Source: an uncultured Thermoleophilaceae bacterium
GTDB lineage: Bacteria; Actinomycetota; Thermoleophilia; Solirubrobacterales; Thermoleophilaceae
NCBI GenBank assembly: GCA_963762265.1
Contig: CAVXKC010000009.1
Span: 360,410 to 424,409 of the forward strand
Direction of reading: 5' to 3'
DNA: 64,000 bases
Shown here: piece by piece, positions 37,233-48,493 of the stretch
How the letters are laid out: each line of letters starts with the position of its first letter
How positions within the stretch are numbered: position 1 is the first letter of the stretch
Program-made: the position numbers and the translations under genes
The notes under the pieces: model-generated
Databases searched by the model: none
Seen by the model: the letters and a program-made list of their open reading frames with translations, nothing else
What the model was told of the DNA's origin: nothing

Positions 37233-39308
37233 ATGGCGCACGAATCGCCAAAGAGGATCCGCAACGTGGCCTTGGTGGGCCACCGAGGCAGCGGGAAGAC
37301 TTCTGTAAACGAAGCACTCCTGTTCACGGCCGGAGCGATCAACCGGCTCGGCTCGGTGGCTGACGGAACCACGCTGTCGGACTCGGCGTCCGACGAGAAG
37401 GCGCGCGAGATGTCGATCTCCGCGAGCCTCTCCTCGTTTCGCTGGGACGGCCGCAAGATCAACCTGATCGACACCCCCGGCGAGCCCTCCTTCGTCGCCG
37501 ACGCGCTTGCCGCGCTTCGCGTCTGCGAGGGCGCGGTCTTCGTGGTCAACGGCGTGATGGGCGTCGAGGTGAGCACGAGCCGGCTCTGGCAGCGGGCTTC
37601 GGAGCTGGGGCTCTCGCGCACCGTGTTCGTGAACATGCTCGACCGCGAGCGCGCCGACTTCTTCCGAACGCTCGAAGCGCTGAAGCAGGCCTTCGGGCCA
37701 CACGTCGTCGCCACCGAGATCCCGATCGGCGCCGAGCACGAGCTCGAGGGCGTGATCGACCTCATCGACATGGAGGCCTATCGCTACGACGGTGCCGGGC
37801 GCGAGAACTCAGAGGAGATCCCGATCCCCGACGAGCTCGCCGACCAGGCAGCGGAGTACCGCGAGAAGCTGATGGACGAGGTGGCCGAGGTCTCCGACTC
37901 GCTGATGGAGCGCTACCTCGAGGGCGAGGAGATCTCACATGAGGAGACCGTCAGCGCGCTCAAGACCGGGGTGACCGAGGGGCACCTGTTCCCGGTCACG
38001 TGCGGCGCGGCCACACGCAACCTCGGCGTCAACCGGCTGCTCGACGCCCTCGTCGAGGACCTGCCCTCGCCCGCCAAGAAGGGCACGGTGGACCTAGACG
38101 GCGTCACCCTCGAGCCCGACGAGGACAAGGAGATGGTGGCTTTCGTCTTCAAGACGCTCGCCGACCCGTACGCCGGGCGGATCAACCTCTTCCGCGTCTA
38201 CCAGGGCGTCATGAGCCACGACTCGCACGTGCACAACTGCCGCGCCCACACCAAGGAGCGGATCGGCCAGTTGCTCGTGCCCCAGGGCAAGGAGACAGAG
38301 CACGCCGACGAGTTCGGCCCCGGCGACATCGGCGCGGTGGCCAAGCTCAAGGAGACCCACGCGGGGGACGTGCTCGCGGCCCACGACGCCGAGATCCCGC
38401 TCAAGCTGCCCAGCATGCCGCGCCCGGTGATGGCATTCGCGATCGAGGCCAAGGCCAAGGGCGACGAGGACAAGATGGGTCAGGCGCTGCGTCGCCTCCA
38501 GGAAGAGGATCCCACGATCGACTTCCACCGCGACGAGCAGACCGGCGAGCAGATCCTGGCGGGCATCACCCAGATCCACGTGGAGGTGATCGTCGGGCGC
38601 ATGAAGGAGCGCTTCGGCGCCGAGGTCGAGCTCCACCAGCCGCACGTGCCCTATCGCGAGGCGATCAAGACCTCCGCCAAGGCGCGCGCGCGCTACAAGA
38701 AGCAGACCGGCGGTCGCGGCCAGTTCGCCGACTGCCACATCGAGCTCGAGCCGCTGCCCGCCGGGGAGGGCTTCGAGTTCGTGAACGCCATCAAGGGAGG
38801 CGTGATCCCGGGCGGGTTCATCCCGGCCGTCCAGAAGGGCGTGGTGGAGGCGATGAGCAACGGGACGGTCGCCGGCTTCCCCGTGCAGGACGTCAGGGTG
38901 AGGCTGTTCGACGGCCAGCACCACTCTGTCGATTCCTCGGAGATGGCCTTCAAGATCGCCGGCTCCATGGCCTTCAAGGAAGCCATGGAGAGCGCCAAGG
39001 CCGTGCTGATGGAGCCGATCATGACGGTCACGGTCGCGGTGCCCGAGGAGTACGTGGGCGACGTGATCGGCGATCTCAACTCGCGCCGCGGGCGGCCGCT
39101 CGGCATGGAGCCGAACGGTGGCCTGACCGAGGTCAAGGCCGAGGTCCCGATGGCGGAGATGCTCAGCTACGCGCCCGACATGCGAGCGATCACCGGGGGC
39201 CAGGGCGAGTACACGATGGAGCTCGCCCGCTATGAGGAGGTGCCCGCTCACATCGCCCAGGCGGTCGTGCAAGAGATGCAGCGCGAGGCCGAGGTGGTCA
39301 AGGCCTAG
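37233..39308 (+). CDS. elongation factor G paralog (EF-G2-like translational GTPase)
   Basis: Intact 691-aa ORF preceded by the SD GGAAGGAG. G motifs are VALVGHRGSGKTSV, DTPGEPSF and NMLDR. Domains III-V are present (INLFRVYQG..., GRMKERFGAEVE, GGRGQFADCHIELEP, VLMEPIMTVTVAVPEEYVGDVIGDLNSRRG). Confidence 0.85.
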   Translation: MAHESPKRIRNVALVGHRGSGKTSVNEALLFTAGAINRLGSVADGTTLSDSASDEKAREMSISASLSSFRWDGRKINLIDTPGEPSFVADALAALRVCEGAVFVVNGVMGVEVSTSRLWQRASELGLSRTVFVNMLDRERADFFRTLEALKQAFGPHVVATEIPIGAEHELEGVIDLIDMEAYRYDGAGRENSEEIPIPDELADQAAEYREKLMDEVAEVSDSLMERYLEGEEISHEETVSALKTGVTEGHLFPVTCGAATRNLGVNRLLDALVEDLPSPAKKGTVDLDGVTLEPDEDKEMVAFVFKTLADPYAGRINLFRVYQGVMSHDSHVHNCRAHTKERIGQLLVPQGKETEHADEFGPGDIGAVAKLKETHAGDVLAAHDAEIPLKLPSMPRPVMAFAIEAKAKGDEDKMGQALRRLQEEDPTIDFHRDEQTGEQILAGITQIHVEVIVGRMKERFGAEVELHQPHVPYREAIKTSAKARARYKKQTGGRGQFADCHIELEPLPAGEGFEFVNAIKGGVIPGGFIPAVQKGVVEAMSNGTVAGFPVQDVRVRLFDGQHHSVDSSEMAFKIAGSMAFKEAMESAKAVLMEPIMTVTVAVPEEYVGDVIGDLNSRRGRPLGMEPNGGLTEVKAEVPMAEMLSYAPDMRAITGGQGEYTMELARYEEVPAHIAQAVVQEMQREAEVVKA

Positions 39309-39325
39309 CCCTATCATCGGGCGCG

Positions 39326-40075
39326 ATGAAGAAGGAGCTAAGGCCGGTCCACGACGCCGTCACCTGCGACGTATGCGGACGCACCATCCTCAAGGGCGAG
39401 CGCACCGAGCCCTATCTGGCACCGGGTGGGCACCGCCACCAGGTCTGCGACCTGTGTGCGGTGCGCGCTCAGCACGCCGGCTGGATCCGCGAATCGGCGG
39501 CCGGGGACATGCCGCAGCGCATGCCGCGCTCCGAGCCGCGCGGAGGCCTGCTGGGCCGGATGCGGCGGCGCCGCCCGGAGCCGCCGGCCCAGGCCGAGAT
39601 GGAGGAGATGGAGGCGAGCTTCGGCCCCGGCGAGGGGGGCGAGTCGCAGGAGGCCGGGGGCTCGCCCCACGCTCCGCTGCCGCCCCGGCCGCGCTCGCGC
39701 CCCAAGGACCCGCGCCACGTTCGCGCCGTGCCGACGACCGCCGAGGCGAAGATCGACCGCGCGCTCGACCTCTTCAACGGCTCCGATCACCAGCGCACGA
39801 TCGCCGGGCTCGCTCGCACGCTCGGAACGCCGCACGTGAGCACGCAGCCCGACACCGGCCAGGGGAGCCAGGTCTCCGTCGTGATCGCCTGGGAGCTCTC
39901 CTGGTATCGCTACCGGGTGGACCTCGGCGACGAGGGCGATCCGGTAATGATGCTCGACAAGGGTGAAGAGATAGAACAGATAGAAGAGTCGCTGCGGGAT
40001 TGGAATGCGACGCTCGACAGCGACGGCCGCGTGCTCGCGGGCCACGCCGTGACCGATGGAGGTTCCGAAGGGTGA
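39326..40075 (+). CDS. hypothetical protein with N-terminal CxxC...CxxC zinc-ribbon-like motif
   Basis: Intact 249-aa ORF 17 nt after the EF-G paralog. It has CDVCGRTILKG...HQVCDLCAV, a low-complexity middle and a structured-looking C-terminus (VSVVIAWELSWYRYRVDLGDEG). Confidence 0.55.
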   Translation: MKKELRPVHDAVTCDVCGRTILKGERTEPYLAPGGHRHQVCDLCAVRAQHAGWIRESAAGDMPQRMPRSEPRGGLLGRMRRRRPEPPAQAEMEEMEASFGPGEGGESQEAGGSPHAPLPPRPRSRPKDPRHVRAVPTTAEAKIDRALDLFNGSDHQRTIAGLARTLGTPHVSTQPDTGQGSQVSVVIAWELSWYRYRVDLGDEGDPVMMLDKGEEIEQIEESLRDWNATLDSDGRVLAGHAVTDGGSEG

Positions 40076-40278
40076 TCTACTGCGTGGTGCCTGAGGCGCT
40101 CGCCGCCGAGCTGTACGACAAGCTCGCCGACTACTACCGCGAGGACCCGAACGTCGAGGTGATCATCGACCGGCGCGCCCAGGGCGGCAACCCCGGCGAC
40201 CACCCGTCATACGAGGACCGCCGCCGCCAGCGGGCCAAGGGCAGCTTCCCGGCGATCGACGCGCCGTCCGGCGGTTGA
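40072..40278 (+). CDS. hypothetical small protein
   Basis: GTG 40072 overlaps the upstream stop (GTGA). The 68-aa product reads VIYCVVPEALAAELYDKLADYYREDPNVEVIIDRR..., and its stop overlaps the next start. Confidence 0.4.
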   Translation: MIYCVVPEALAAELYDKLADYYREDPNVEVIIDRRAQGGNPGDHPSYEDRRRQRAKGSFPAIDAPSGG

Positions 40279-40685
40279 AGGTCGTAGTAAACGTCGACGG
40301 CGGGTCGCGCGGCAATCCCGGCCCCGCCGCCGTGGCGGCCGTGGCCACCTCGGGCGGCGGCGAGTCGCTGGGCGAGCGCAACGCCTACATCGGCGAGACC
40401 ACCAACAACGTCGCCGAGTACCGCGCCCTGCTGCTCGGCCTGGAGCTCGCCCGCGAGCTCGGCGCATCGGAGGTCGAGGTGATCAACGACTCCGAGCTCG
40501 TGGCGCGCCAGATCGGGGGCGAGTACAAGGTCAAGCACGCCGGCCTGAAGCCCCTCTTCCTCGAAGCGATGCGCACGCTGCGCTCGTTCGACAAATGGGC
40601 GGTCCGCTCGGTGCGCCGCGAGCACAACGCGCGCGCGGACGAGCTGGTCAACGAGCTGCTCGACGAGATGCTGGGGGCGACCTGA
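40275..40685 (+). CDS. ribonuclease H (RNase HI-type, stand-alone)
   Basis: Intact 136-aa ORF: VVNVDGGSRGNPGPAA...TNNVAEYRALLLGLELA...VEVINDSELVARQI...REHNARADELVN carries the DEDD catalytic pattern. Confidence 0.8.
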   Translation: MKVVVNVDGGSRGNPGPAAVAAVATSGGGESLGERNAYIGETTNNVAEYRALLLGLELARELGASEVEVINDSELVARQIGGEYKVKHAGLKPLFLEAMRTLRSFDKWAVRSVRREHNARADELVNELLDEMLGAT

Positions 40686-40695
40686 CCAGACTCGA

Positions 40696-41142
40696 TTGTC
40701 GACTCACCGGTCCCCTGGCGGCCAGGCGCAAGCGGCGGTGAGGCCCGCGGGCGAGGCGGAGGTCCTGGCCCGGGCCAAGGCGAGGCTCGACCGGCTCGGC
40801 CTCTACCCCGAGCCGGTCGACATGTCCGGTGTGCGCATCCACGTGGTGCCGTGGCTATTTCGGGTGCCGGGCTTTCGGCGCTTTGGCGGCTATGCGATCG
40901 CGCGCCGGATCCTGGTGAAGGGAGCCCCACTCGACGAGGACCTGGTCGTCCACGAGCTCTGCCACCTCTGGCAGGAGCAGCACGAGCCGCTGAGAATGTG
41001 GCTCTCCTACGCGCGCCCCTCGACCTTCAGCCGCGACCGCACCGCCTACCGGGCCAACCGCTACGAGCGCGAGGCCCGTGCGGCGGTCGCCTCCACTCGT
41101 GCCGTTTCCCCCGCGAGCCGCCGGGTAGCGGGAGGCCAATGA
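40696..41142 (+). CDS. hypothetical protein with HExxH metallopeptidase-like motif
   Basis: Intact 148-aa ORF containing LVVHELCHLWQEQHE. No further family assignment is possible by eye. Confidence 0.45.
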   Translation: MSTHRSPGGQAQAAVRPAGEAEVLARAKARLDRLGLYPEPVDMSGVRIHVVPWLFRVPGFRRFGGYAIARRILVKGAPLDEDLVVHELCHLWQEQHEPLRMWLSYARPSTFSRDRTAYRANRYEREARAAVASTRAVSPASRRVAGGQ

Positions 41143-41339
41143 CCACTACCTCCGCGACCGTCCCCCTGCTCGAGGTTCCCGGCCCGGTCGAGCCCGACCA
41201 GCCGATGCCAAACCCGCCGGGCAGCCCCGAGACCCCCGAGCCGGGCGCGCCCGAGGTACCGAGCCCCGACCCCAAGGGTCCCGAGATTCCCGACTCGCCG
41301 CCGAGTCCCGAGCCGGAGATTCCCGCCGAGCCGCTGTAG
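41139..41339 (+). CDS. proline-rich small protein (hypothetical)
   Basis: ATG 41139 overlaps the upstream stop (ATGA). The 66-aa product has PE/PD/PS repeats (PNPPGSPETPEPGAPEVPSPDPKGPEIPDSPPSPEPEIPAEP). Coding status is uncertain. Confidence 0.3.
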   Translation: MTTTSATVPLLEVPGPVEPDQPMPNPPGSPETPEPGAPEVPSPDPKGPEIPDSPPSPEPEIPAEPL

Positions 41340-41345
41340 GGCCGC

Positions 41346-42023
41346 TCAGAGCCGCGCGAGCGCGGTGATCTCGGTGCGAAAGAACGGGGCCTCCCGTGGC
41401 GTCCCGTAGCCCCAGCTGACGGTCAGGCTGCTCGCGATCGTCAGATCGCCGAAGTCCTGCTCGGCGTGCACGTCGCAGCCGCAGGGGATGTAGTCGAACG
41501 ATCCGTTGCCGACCGGGCCCCAGCGCGAGGCGCTCGCGCTCCTGACCGCGCCCTCGTTGTCGATCCGCAGCTCCACCTCGGGGCGTTCGGGCGGCAGGTC
41601 GAAGCGGGCCACGATCCTGTCCTCGTCCTCGGCGCGCCACGCGACTCCGCGCTCCGGTAGGACGCCGGCGGGCGCGAAGACCACGCTCTCGAGCGCGGCT
41701 CGGCCGGCGGCCGAGCGCGCCGTGTCCTCGTCGGAGGAGTGAAAGAGCCGGCGCCGGCCGAACAGCCGACCCTCGGTGCTCCCGATCCCGCGCGCGTAGC
41801 TGTCCTCGATCCGCACCACCGTCAACGGTCCGAGCCCGACGCGGGCGCGCCAGGCGAACGAGCGGCCGTCGGCCTCCTCCTGAGCTCGAAACGGCAGCCA
41901 CAGGTCGGCCTTCACGCGGCCCTTCATCTCCAGCCGCACGCCCGGGGCGAGCGACGCGCCGGCGCGGATGGCGTGGGCGAAGTAGCGCCGGACCGGTTCG
42001 TCGAGGCCTGGGTGGGAGCTCAA
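41346..42023 (-). CDS. conserved hypothetical protein (DUF-type, beta-rich)
   Basis: TTG 42023 overlaps the stop of the upstream minus-strand gene (TTGA). The product reads LSSHPGLDEPVRRYFAHAIRAGA...LEMKGRVKADLWLPFRAQEE...FAWRARVGLGPLTVVRIEDSY. The N-terminal half of ORF 41346..43016 is antisense junk. Confidence 0.5.
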   Translation of the reverse strand: MSSHPGLDEPVRRYFAHAIRAGASLAPGVRLEMKGRVKADLWLPFRAQEEADGRSFAWRARVGLGPLTVVRIEDSYARGIGSTEGRLFGRRRLFHSSDEDTARSAAGRAALESVVFAPAGVLPERGVAWRAEDEDRIVARFDLPPERPEVELRIDNEGAVRSASASRWGPVGNGSFDYIPCGCDVHAEQDFGDLTIASSLTVSWGYGTPREAPFFRTEITALARL

Positions 42024-43009
42024 TCGGCCGAGATCGGCAGCGGACGCGGCATCGGGGGAGAAAGCCTGGCCCTGCGGTTCGGCCCGAACGCGAGCCGGTC
42101 GACGGCCGCCCACCCCGCAAAGGAGAGCCCGCCGACGGTTCCCGTCGCGGTCAGGAGCACGCCCGCGGCCGCGGCGGCAGCCACGCCCTGCGGGCCAAGT
42201 ATCAGCACGCTTGCGGCGGCGCCGACGCTCAGTCCGAACGGCAGCTGGCCGAGTGTGACGACGGCGATCAGCACGGCAACCGCATCGAAGAGCGAGGCGT
42301 CGACCCCGACCGCGTGCAGGAGCAGCCAGTTGCGGGCGATCTGCGCAAACACGGCGACGAGGACGAAGCCGAAGACGAGGTTGCGCCCCTCGAGGCTGCG
42401 CATCACCGCCAGGCCCTTGGCGAGCCAGCCGTCCTTCGCGAGCGCGATGCTGCGCACCCCTACGCTCAGGCCGACCACCACGGCCACGCACGCGAATGGG
42501 ATCCACCATGGGAGTCCGAGCGGCCCGACCAGCGTGAAGGAGGTCAGCGCAGCGAGCATCGCCTCGGTCGTGAGGATCGGGAGCTCGGCCGCGATCAGGG
42601 CCGGGACGCGCGGGCTCTGCTCGGGCGCGGACCGGCGCAGCGTCGCGATCCTTGCTGCCGCGCCAAGGTGGCCGTTCAGCAGGTTGCCGATGCACCCCAT
42701 GCTCGATGCGCGATAGAGGCAGCGGCGGCCGGTGGTGCCTCCGGAAGCGCGCACGCACACGTACCACGCCTCCGTACGCGAGAGGAGGGCGACGATCTGG
42801 AGCACCACGGCGAGCACGACGACAGTTGCCGAGGCGCCCTGGATGCCGGCGGCCAGGTCGTCCCACCGGTAGACGAGCACGGCGGCGAACACCAGGCTTG
42901 CGGCGATCGACGCCGCGACCGTCAGCTCGGTACGGCGCCGGCGGGCGTAGCTTCGAAGGCGCGCGGTGGGCTGGGCGGCGATCCGCGCCAACGACATCGC
43001 AGGCAACAA
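42020..43009 (-). CDS. integral membrane protein, flippase-like / lysyl-PG-synthase TM-region-like (UPF0104)
   Basis: Intact 329-aa ORF with about 8 hydrophobic segments and a typical RTEAW...LRAS... pattern. The family call is tentative. Confidence 0.6.
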   Translation of the reverse strand: MLPAMSLARIAAQPTARLRSYARRRRTELTVAASIAASLVFAAVLVYRWDDLAAGIQGASATVVVLAVVLQIVALLSRTEAWYVCVRASGGTTGRRCLYRASSMGCIGNLLNGHLGAAARIATLRRSAPEQSPRVPALIAAELPILTTEAMLAALTSFTLVGPLGLPWWIPFACVAVVVGLSVGVRSIALAKDGWLAKGLAVMRSLEGRNLVFGFVLVAVFAQIARNWLLLHAVGVDASLFDAVAVLIAVVTLGQLPFGLSVGAAASVLILGPQGVAAAAAAGVLLTATGTVGGLSFAGWAAVDRLAFGPNRRARLSPPMPRPLPISAD

Positions 43010-43054
43010 TACTCAATGGGGGAGATATGAGTCTAGAAACGCTAATCTAGGATC

Positions 43055-43363
43055 ATGGGTCGGGGCGTAATCCCTGCGTGGTCGTTCCTGACAAACCACG
43101 CCCAGGTGCTGCTCTGTATCGCGCGCGACCCCGGCACACGGTTGAGGGAGATCGGCGCGGAAGTGGGGATCACCGAGCGTGCCGCGCACCGCATCGTCGT
43201 CGAGCTCGCCGACGCCGGCTACATCTCGCGAACCCGTATCGGCCGGCGCAACTACTACACGATCCAAAGTCACCTGCCGCTCCCCGACCGGCTCGCGCGC
43301 GAGCAGAACATCGGCGAGCTGCTGGCCGTGCTTGCCGGACAGCCGGCGAAAACCAGCGCGTAG
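43055..43363 (+). CDS. winged-helix (MarR/ArsR-like) transcriptional regulator
   Basis: Intact 102-aa ORF: HAQVLLCIARDPGTRLREIGAEVGITERAAHRIVVELADAGYISRTRIGRRNYYTI. Confidence 0.7.
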   Translation: MGRGVIPAWSFLTNHAQVLLCIARDPGTRLREIGAEVGITERAAHRIVVELADAGYISRTRIGRRNYYTIQSHLPLPDRLAREQNIGELLAVLAGQPAKTSA

Positions 43364-43372
43364 GGGCTCGTT

Positions 43373-44269
43373 GTGATCGTCGGCCTGACCCTCGCGCTCG
43401 CATCTGCGGCGGCCACCAACCTGGCATTCCTGTTCAAGCAGCGCGGGTGTGTGCTCGCTCCGGCGATCGAGTTCCGCCATCTCGTGCGCAGCGCCGCCGG
43501 GCTGTTCCACTCCCGCTGGTTTCTGATCGGCTGGATGGTGGCCATCGTGGCCTGGGGTCTGCACGTGGGGGCGCTCGCGCTCGCGCCGCTGTCGATCGTG
43601 CAGGCCGTTCTCTCCGGCGGGCTCGTATTCCTCGCGGTGTTCGCCGAGCGCTTCTTTGGTTTTGAGCTCGGACGCCGCCAGTGGGCCGGCGTAACGATCA
43701 CGGCCGTCGGGCTGGCGGTGATCGGGTTTACCGGCGGCGGCGCCACCGACCCGCACAGCGCTTCGCTTGCCCCTCTGCTCGCGGTCGAGGGCGGGATCGC
43801 CGTGGTCAGTGCCGTGCTGGTGAGAGTCTCCACCCGCCGCCACCTCGCACCGCGCTGGGAGGGCCTGCTCCTCGGCGCCGCGGCCGGCGCGCTGTTCGGG
43901 GTGTCCGACGTCGCTCTCAAGTACCTCACCCAGGCGCCCCCGGGACCGATGTTCGGCTTGGTCAGCCCGTGGCTTGCTACCGCGCTCATTGCCGGGGTGA
44001 TCGCGTTCTACGCTTCCGCCCGCAGCCTGCAGCTCGGCTACGGCGTCGAAGTGATCGCGATCACGTCGGTGGCAGCCAACCTCGGGGCGATCATCGGCGG
44101 AATCCTCGTCTTCTCCGAACCGATCGGCTCGGGCCCACTCGCCATCGCCGCCCGCGCTCTGGCGTTCTGTTTCGTCATCGCGGGCGCGGCGCTCATGCCC
44201 GCCCCGATGCGCGCAACGCCTGGTCGAGCGCTCCCGGAGAGCGCCGCGGTGGCCACCCCCGCGTCTTAG
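43373..44269 (+). CDS. polytopic membrane protein (DMT/EamA-like)
   Basis: Intact 298-aa ORF with about 9 hydrophobic helices, 9 nt after the regulator gene. Confidence 0.6.
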   Translation: MIVGLTLALASAAATNLAFLFKQRGCVLAPAIEFRHLVRSAAGLFHSRWFLIGWMVAIVAWGLHVGALALAPLSIVQAVLSGGLVFLAVFAERFFGFELGRRQWAGVTITAVGLAVIGFTGGGATDPHSASLAPLLAVEGGIAVVSAVLVRVSTRRHLAPRWEGLLLGAAAGALFGVSDVALKYLTQAPPGPMFGLVSPWLATALIAGVIAFYASARSLQLGYGVEVIAITSVAANLGAIIGGILVFSEPIGSGPLAIAARALAFCFVIAGAALMPAPMRATPGRALPESAAVATPAS

Positions 44270-44401
44270 GGCGCTACGGCCATTGCGCCAGGAGTGCGGC
44301 GCCGTCAGGAGCCGGCGGGTGCGCCCAGTCATAGTCGATTCTCTAAGTAACACCCACAACATCCGCTAGCTCTTCGAAGTAATCGCCCCTAGGCTCAGTG
44401 G

Positions 44402-45391
44402 GTGCAGAACACGATGCCGGACCGCCGCCAGGGAGCGGCCGGCCCTCAATCGCCCGATGAGCTGGCGCTGCTCGAGCGCAGCGCGCTTGCCGCCAGCCGG
44501 GCGGCGGCCCTCGCCTGCCAGCTCTGGGTGGGCCGTGGCAACCCTGAAGCGGCCGACGCCGCGGCGACCGATGCGATGCGTGCCGTGCTCGGCGAGGCGC
44601 CCGGGCGCGGCACCGTCGTGGTCGGCGAGGGGACCAAGGACGACGCCCCGATGCTCTACGTCGGCGAGCAGCTCGGCCAAGGCGCTCGTGAGTTCGATAT
44701 CGCCGTCGACCCGCTCGAGTGCACGACCTTGTGCGCCAAGGGCGTTCCCGGCTCGCTCGCCACGATCGCGATCGCCGAGCCGGGCGCGATGGCGGCGCTC
44801 GGGCCCTCCTTCTACATGGACAAGCTCGTGGCCCCCGGTGCCGCACGCGGCGCCATCGACATCGAGCGGCGCCCCGAGGACAACCTGTCCACCCTGGCGA
44901 CAGCGCTGGGGAAGGCCGTCGCCGATCTGCGCGTGGTGGTGCTCGACAAACCGCGCCACGAGGGGCTGATCGGCCGAGTCCTCGCAGCCGGCGCGTCGGT
45001 GATCTCGCCTCCCGACGGGGACGTGGCCGGAGCGCTCGCCGCGCTGCTGTCAACCGGCCAGGCGGACCTCCTGATGGGCATCGGCGGTACCCCCGAAGGG
45101 TTGATGACGGCCTGCGCTGCACAGGCATCGGGCGGCTGGATGCAGGGGCGGCTCGCGCCCCAACGCGACGACGAGGCCAGGGCGGTGGCCCAAGCGGGCC
45201 TGGACTCTGAGCGCATCTACGAGTTGGACGAGCTCGTGAGCGGCAGGAGCTTTTTCGTTGCAACCGGAATCACGGGAGGCCCGCTTCTGCGCGCCCCGTG
45301 GGTGTCGGAAGGGGAGGCGTATACCGAGTCGATCGTGATCGCCGACGGCTCGGTCCGGCTCGTGATCGAGGGAAGAGGAGTGGGCACATGA
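44402..45391 (+). CDS. glpX: class II fructose-1,6-bisphosphatase (GlpX; probably dual FBPase/SBPase of the CBB cycle)
   Basis: Intact ORF: VVVGEGTKDDAPMLYVGE...FDIAVDPLECTTLCAKG...VVVLDKPRHE...DGDVAGAL...DLLMGIGGTPEGLMTACA...FFVATGITGG. The start is GTG 44402 or ATG 44414. Confidence 0.85.
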   Translation: MQNTMPDRRQGAAGPQSPDELALLERSALAASRAAALACQLWVGRGNPEAADAAATDAMRAVLGEAPGRGTVVVGEGTKDDAPMLYVGEQLGQGAREFDIAVDPLECTTLCAKGVPGSLATIAIAEPGAMAALGPSFYMDKLVAPGAARGAIDIERRPEDNLSTLATALGKAVADLRVVVLDKPRHEGLIGRVLAAGASVISPPDGDVAGALAALLSTGQADLLMGIGGTPEGLMTACAAQASGGWMQGRLAPQRDDEARAVAQAGLDSERIYELDELVSGRSFFVATGITGGPLLRAPWVSEGEAYTESIVIADGSVRLVIEGRGVGT

Positions 45392-46419
45392 CTGAGCACC
45401 GCCGGTCGCTCGAGGAAACGGCGCACGCGCTCGTCGCCGATGGCCAGGGCATACTGGCCGCCGACGAGAGCAACGCCACGATGACCACGCGGCTCGAGTC
45501 GGTCGGGGCCGAGTCGAGCCCGCACACGCGCCTGCGCTTTCGCGAGCTGCTCGTGACCACCCCCGGCATCGGGGCCCACATCAGCGGTGTGATCCTCTAC
45601 GACGAGACGATCCGCCAGGCGGCCTCCGACGGCACGGCCTTCCCGGATCTGCTCGCCGCCCGGGGCATGATCCCCGGGATCAAGGTCGACACCGGCGCCA
45701 AGCCGCTTGCCGGAGCCGCCGGCGAGAAGGTCACCGAGGGGCTCGACGGCCTGCGCGAACGCCTGGCCGAGTACCGGGAGCTCGGCGCGCGCTTCGCGAA
45801 GTGGCGCGCGGTGGTCGCGATCGGGGACGGCCTGCCGAGCCGTGGTTGCATCCGGGCGAACGCCCACGCCCTCGCCCGCTACGCCGCGCTTTGCCAGGAG
45901 GCCGGCATCGTGCCGATGGTCGAGCCCGAGGTGCTGATGGACGGCGCCCACGAGATCGACCGCGCTCAGCAGGTGACCGAGGCGACGCTCCGCGAGGTCT
46001 TCGCAGAGCTTCGGGGCCAGCGGGTGCTGCTCAGCGGGATGGTGCTCAAGCCGAACATGGTCCTGTCGGGCTCCGACTGTCCCGAGCAGGCAGGGGTCCA
46101 CGAGGTCGTGAAGCGCACGCTCGAGCTGTTCGGGCGGGTTGTCGCCACCGAGGTCCCGGGGATCGCCTTCCTCTCGGGCGGCCAGAGCGACGAGCGGGCC
46201 AGCGCTCACCTGAGCGCGATGAACGCCATCGGCGGCGCCCCCTGGCAGCTCAGCTTCTCCTACGGGCGGGCGCTGCAGGCCACGCCGCTCGCCGTTTGGG
46301 CGGGCGAGGAGCGTAACGCCGACGCGGCCCAGCGGTCCTTTGCCCATCGCGTTCGCTGCAACGGCGAGGCGCGGTTCGGGCGTTACACGGAGGAGCTCGA
46401 GCAGGCGCTGGCGGCATAG
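45388..46419 (+). CDS. fba: class I fructose-bisphosphate aldolase
   Basis: ATG 45388 overlaps the glpX stop (ATGA). The product reads GQGILAADESNATMTTRL...GVILYDETI...IPGIKVDTGAKPL...RFAKWRAV...PMVEPEVLMDG...MVLKPNMV...AFLSGGQS...LSFSYGRALQ, with the Schiff-base Lys context. Confidence 0.85.
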   Translation: MTEHRRSLEETAHALVADGQGILAADESNATMTTRLESVGAESSPHTRLRFRELLVTTPGIGAHISGVILYDETIRQAASDGTAFPDLLAARGMIPGIKVDTGAKPLAGAAGEKVTEGLDGLRERLAEYRELGARFAKWRAVVAIGDGLPSRGCIRANAHALARYAALCQEAGIVPMVEPEVLMDGAHEIDRAQQVTEATLREVFAELRGQRVLLSGMVLKPNMVLSGSDCPEQAGVHEVVKRTLELFGRVVATEVPGIAFLSGGQSDERASAHLSAMNAIGGAPWQLSFSYGRALQATPLAVWAGEERNADAAQRSFAHRVRCNGEARFGRYTEELEQALAA

Positions 46420-46478
46420 AGCAAACCCTATGGATACGGCTTAAGTTTTCAATTGCGCCCTCACGGTCCTTCGAATAG

Positions 46479-48489
<2,011 letters not shown>

Positions 48490-48493
<4 letters not shown>

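Noticed and set aside
43013-45263. Long minus-strand ORFs (43013..44362, 449 aa; 44343..45263, 306 aa) antisense to the DMT-like gene and glpX
   Set aside because: Their composition is Arg/Pro/Ala/Gly-dominated with no motifs, while the + strand ORFs have clear membrane-helix or GlpX signatures. They are antisense shadow ORFs.
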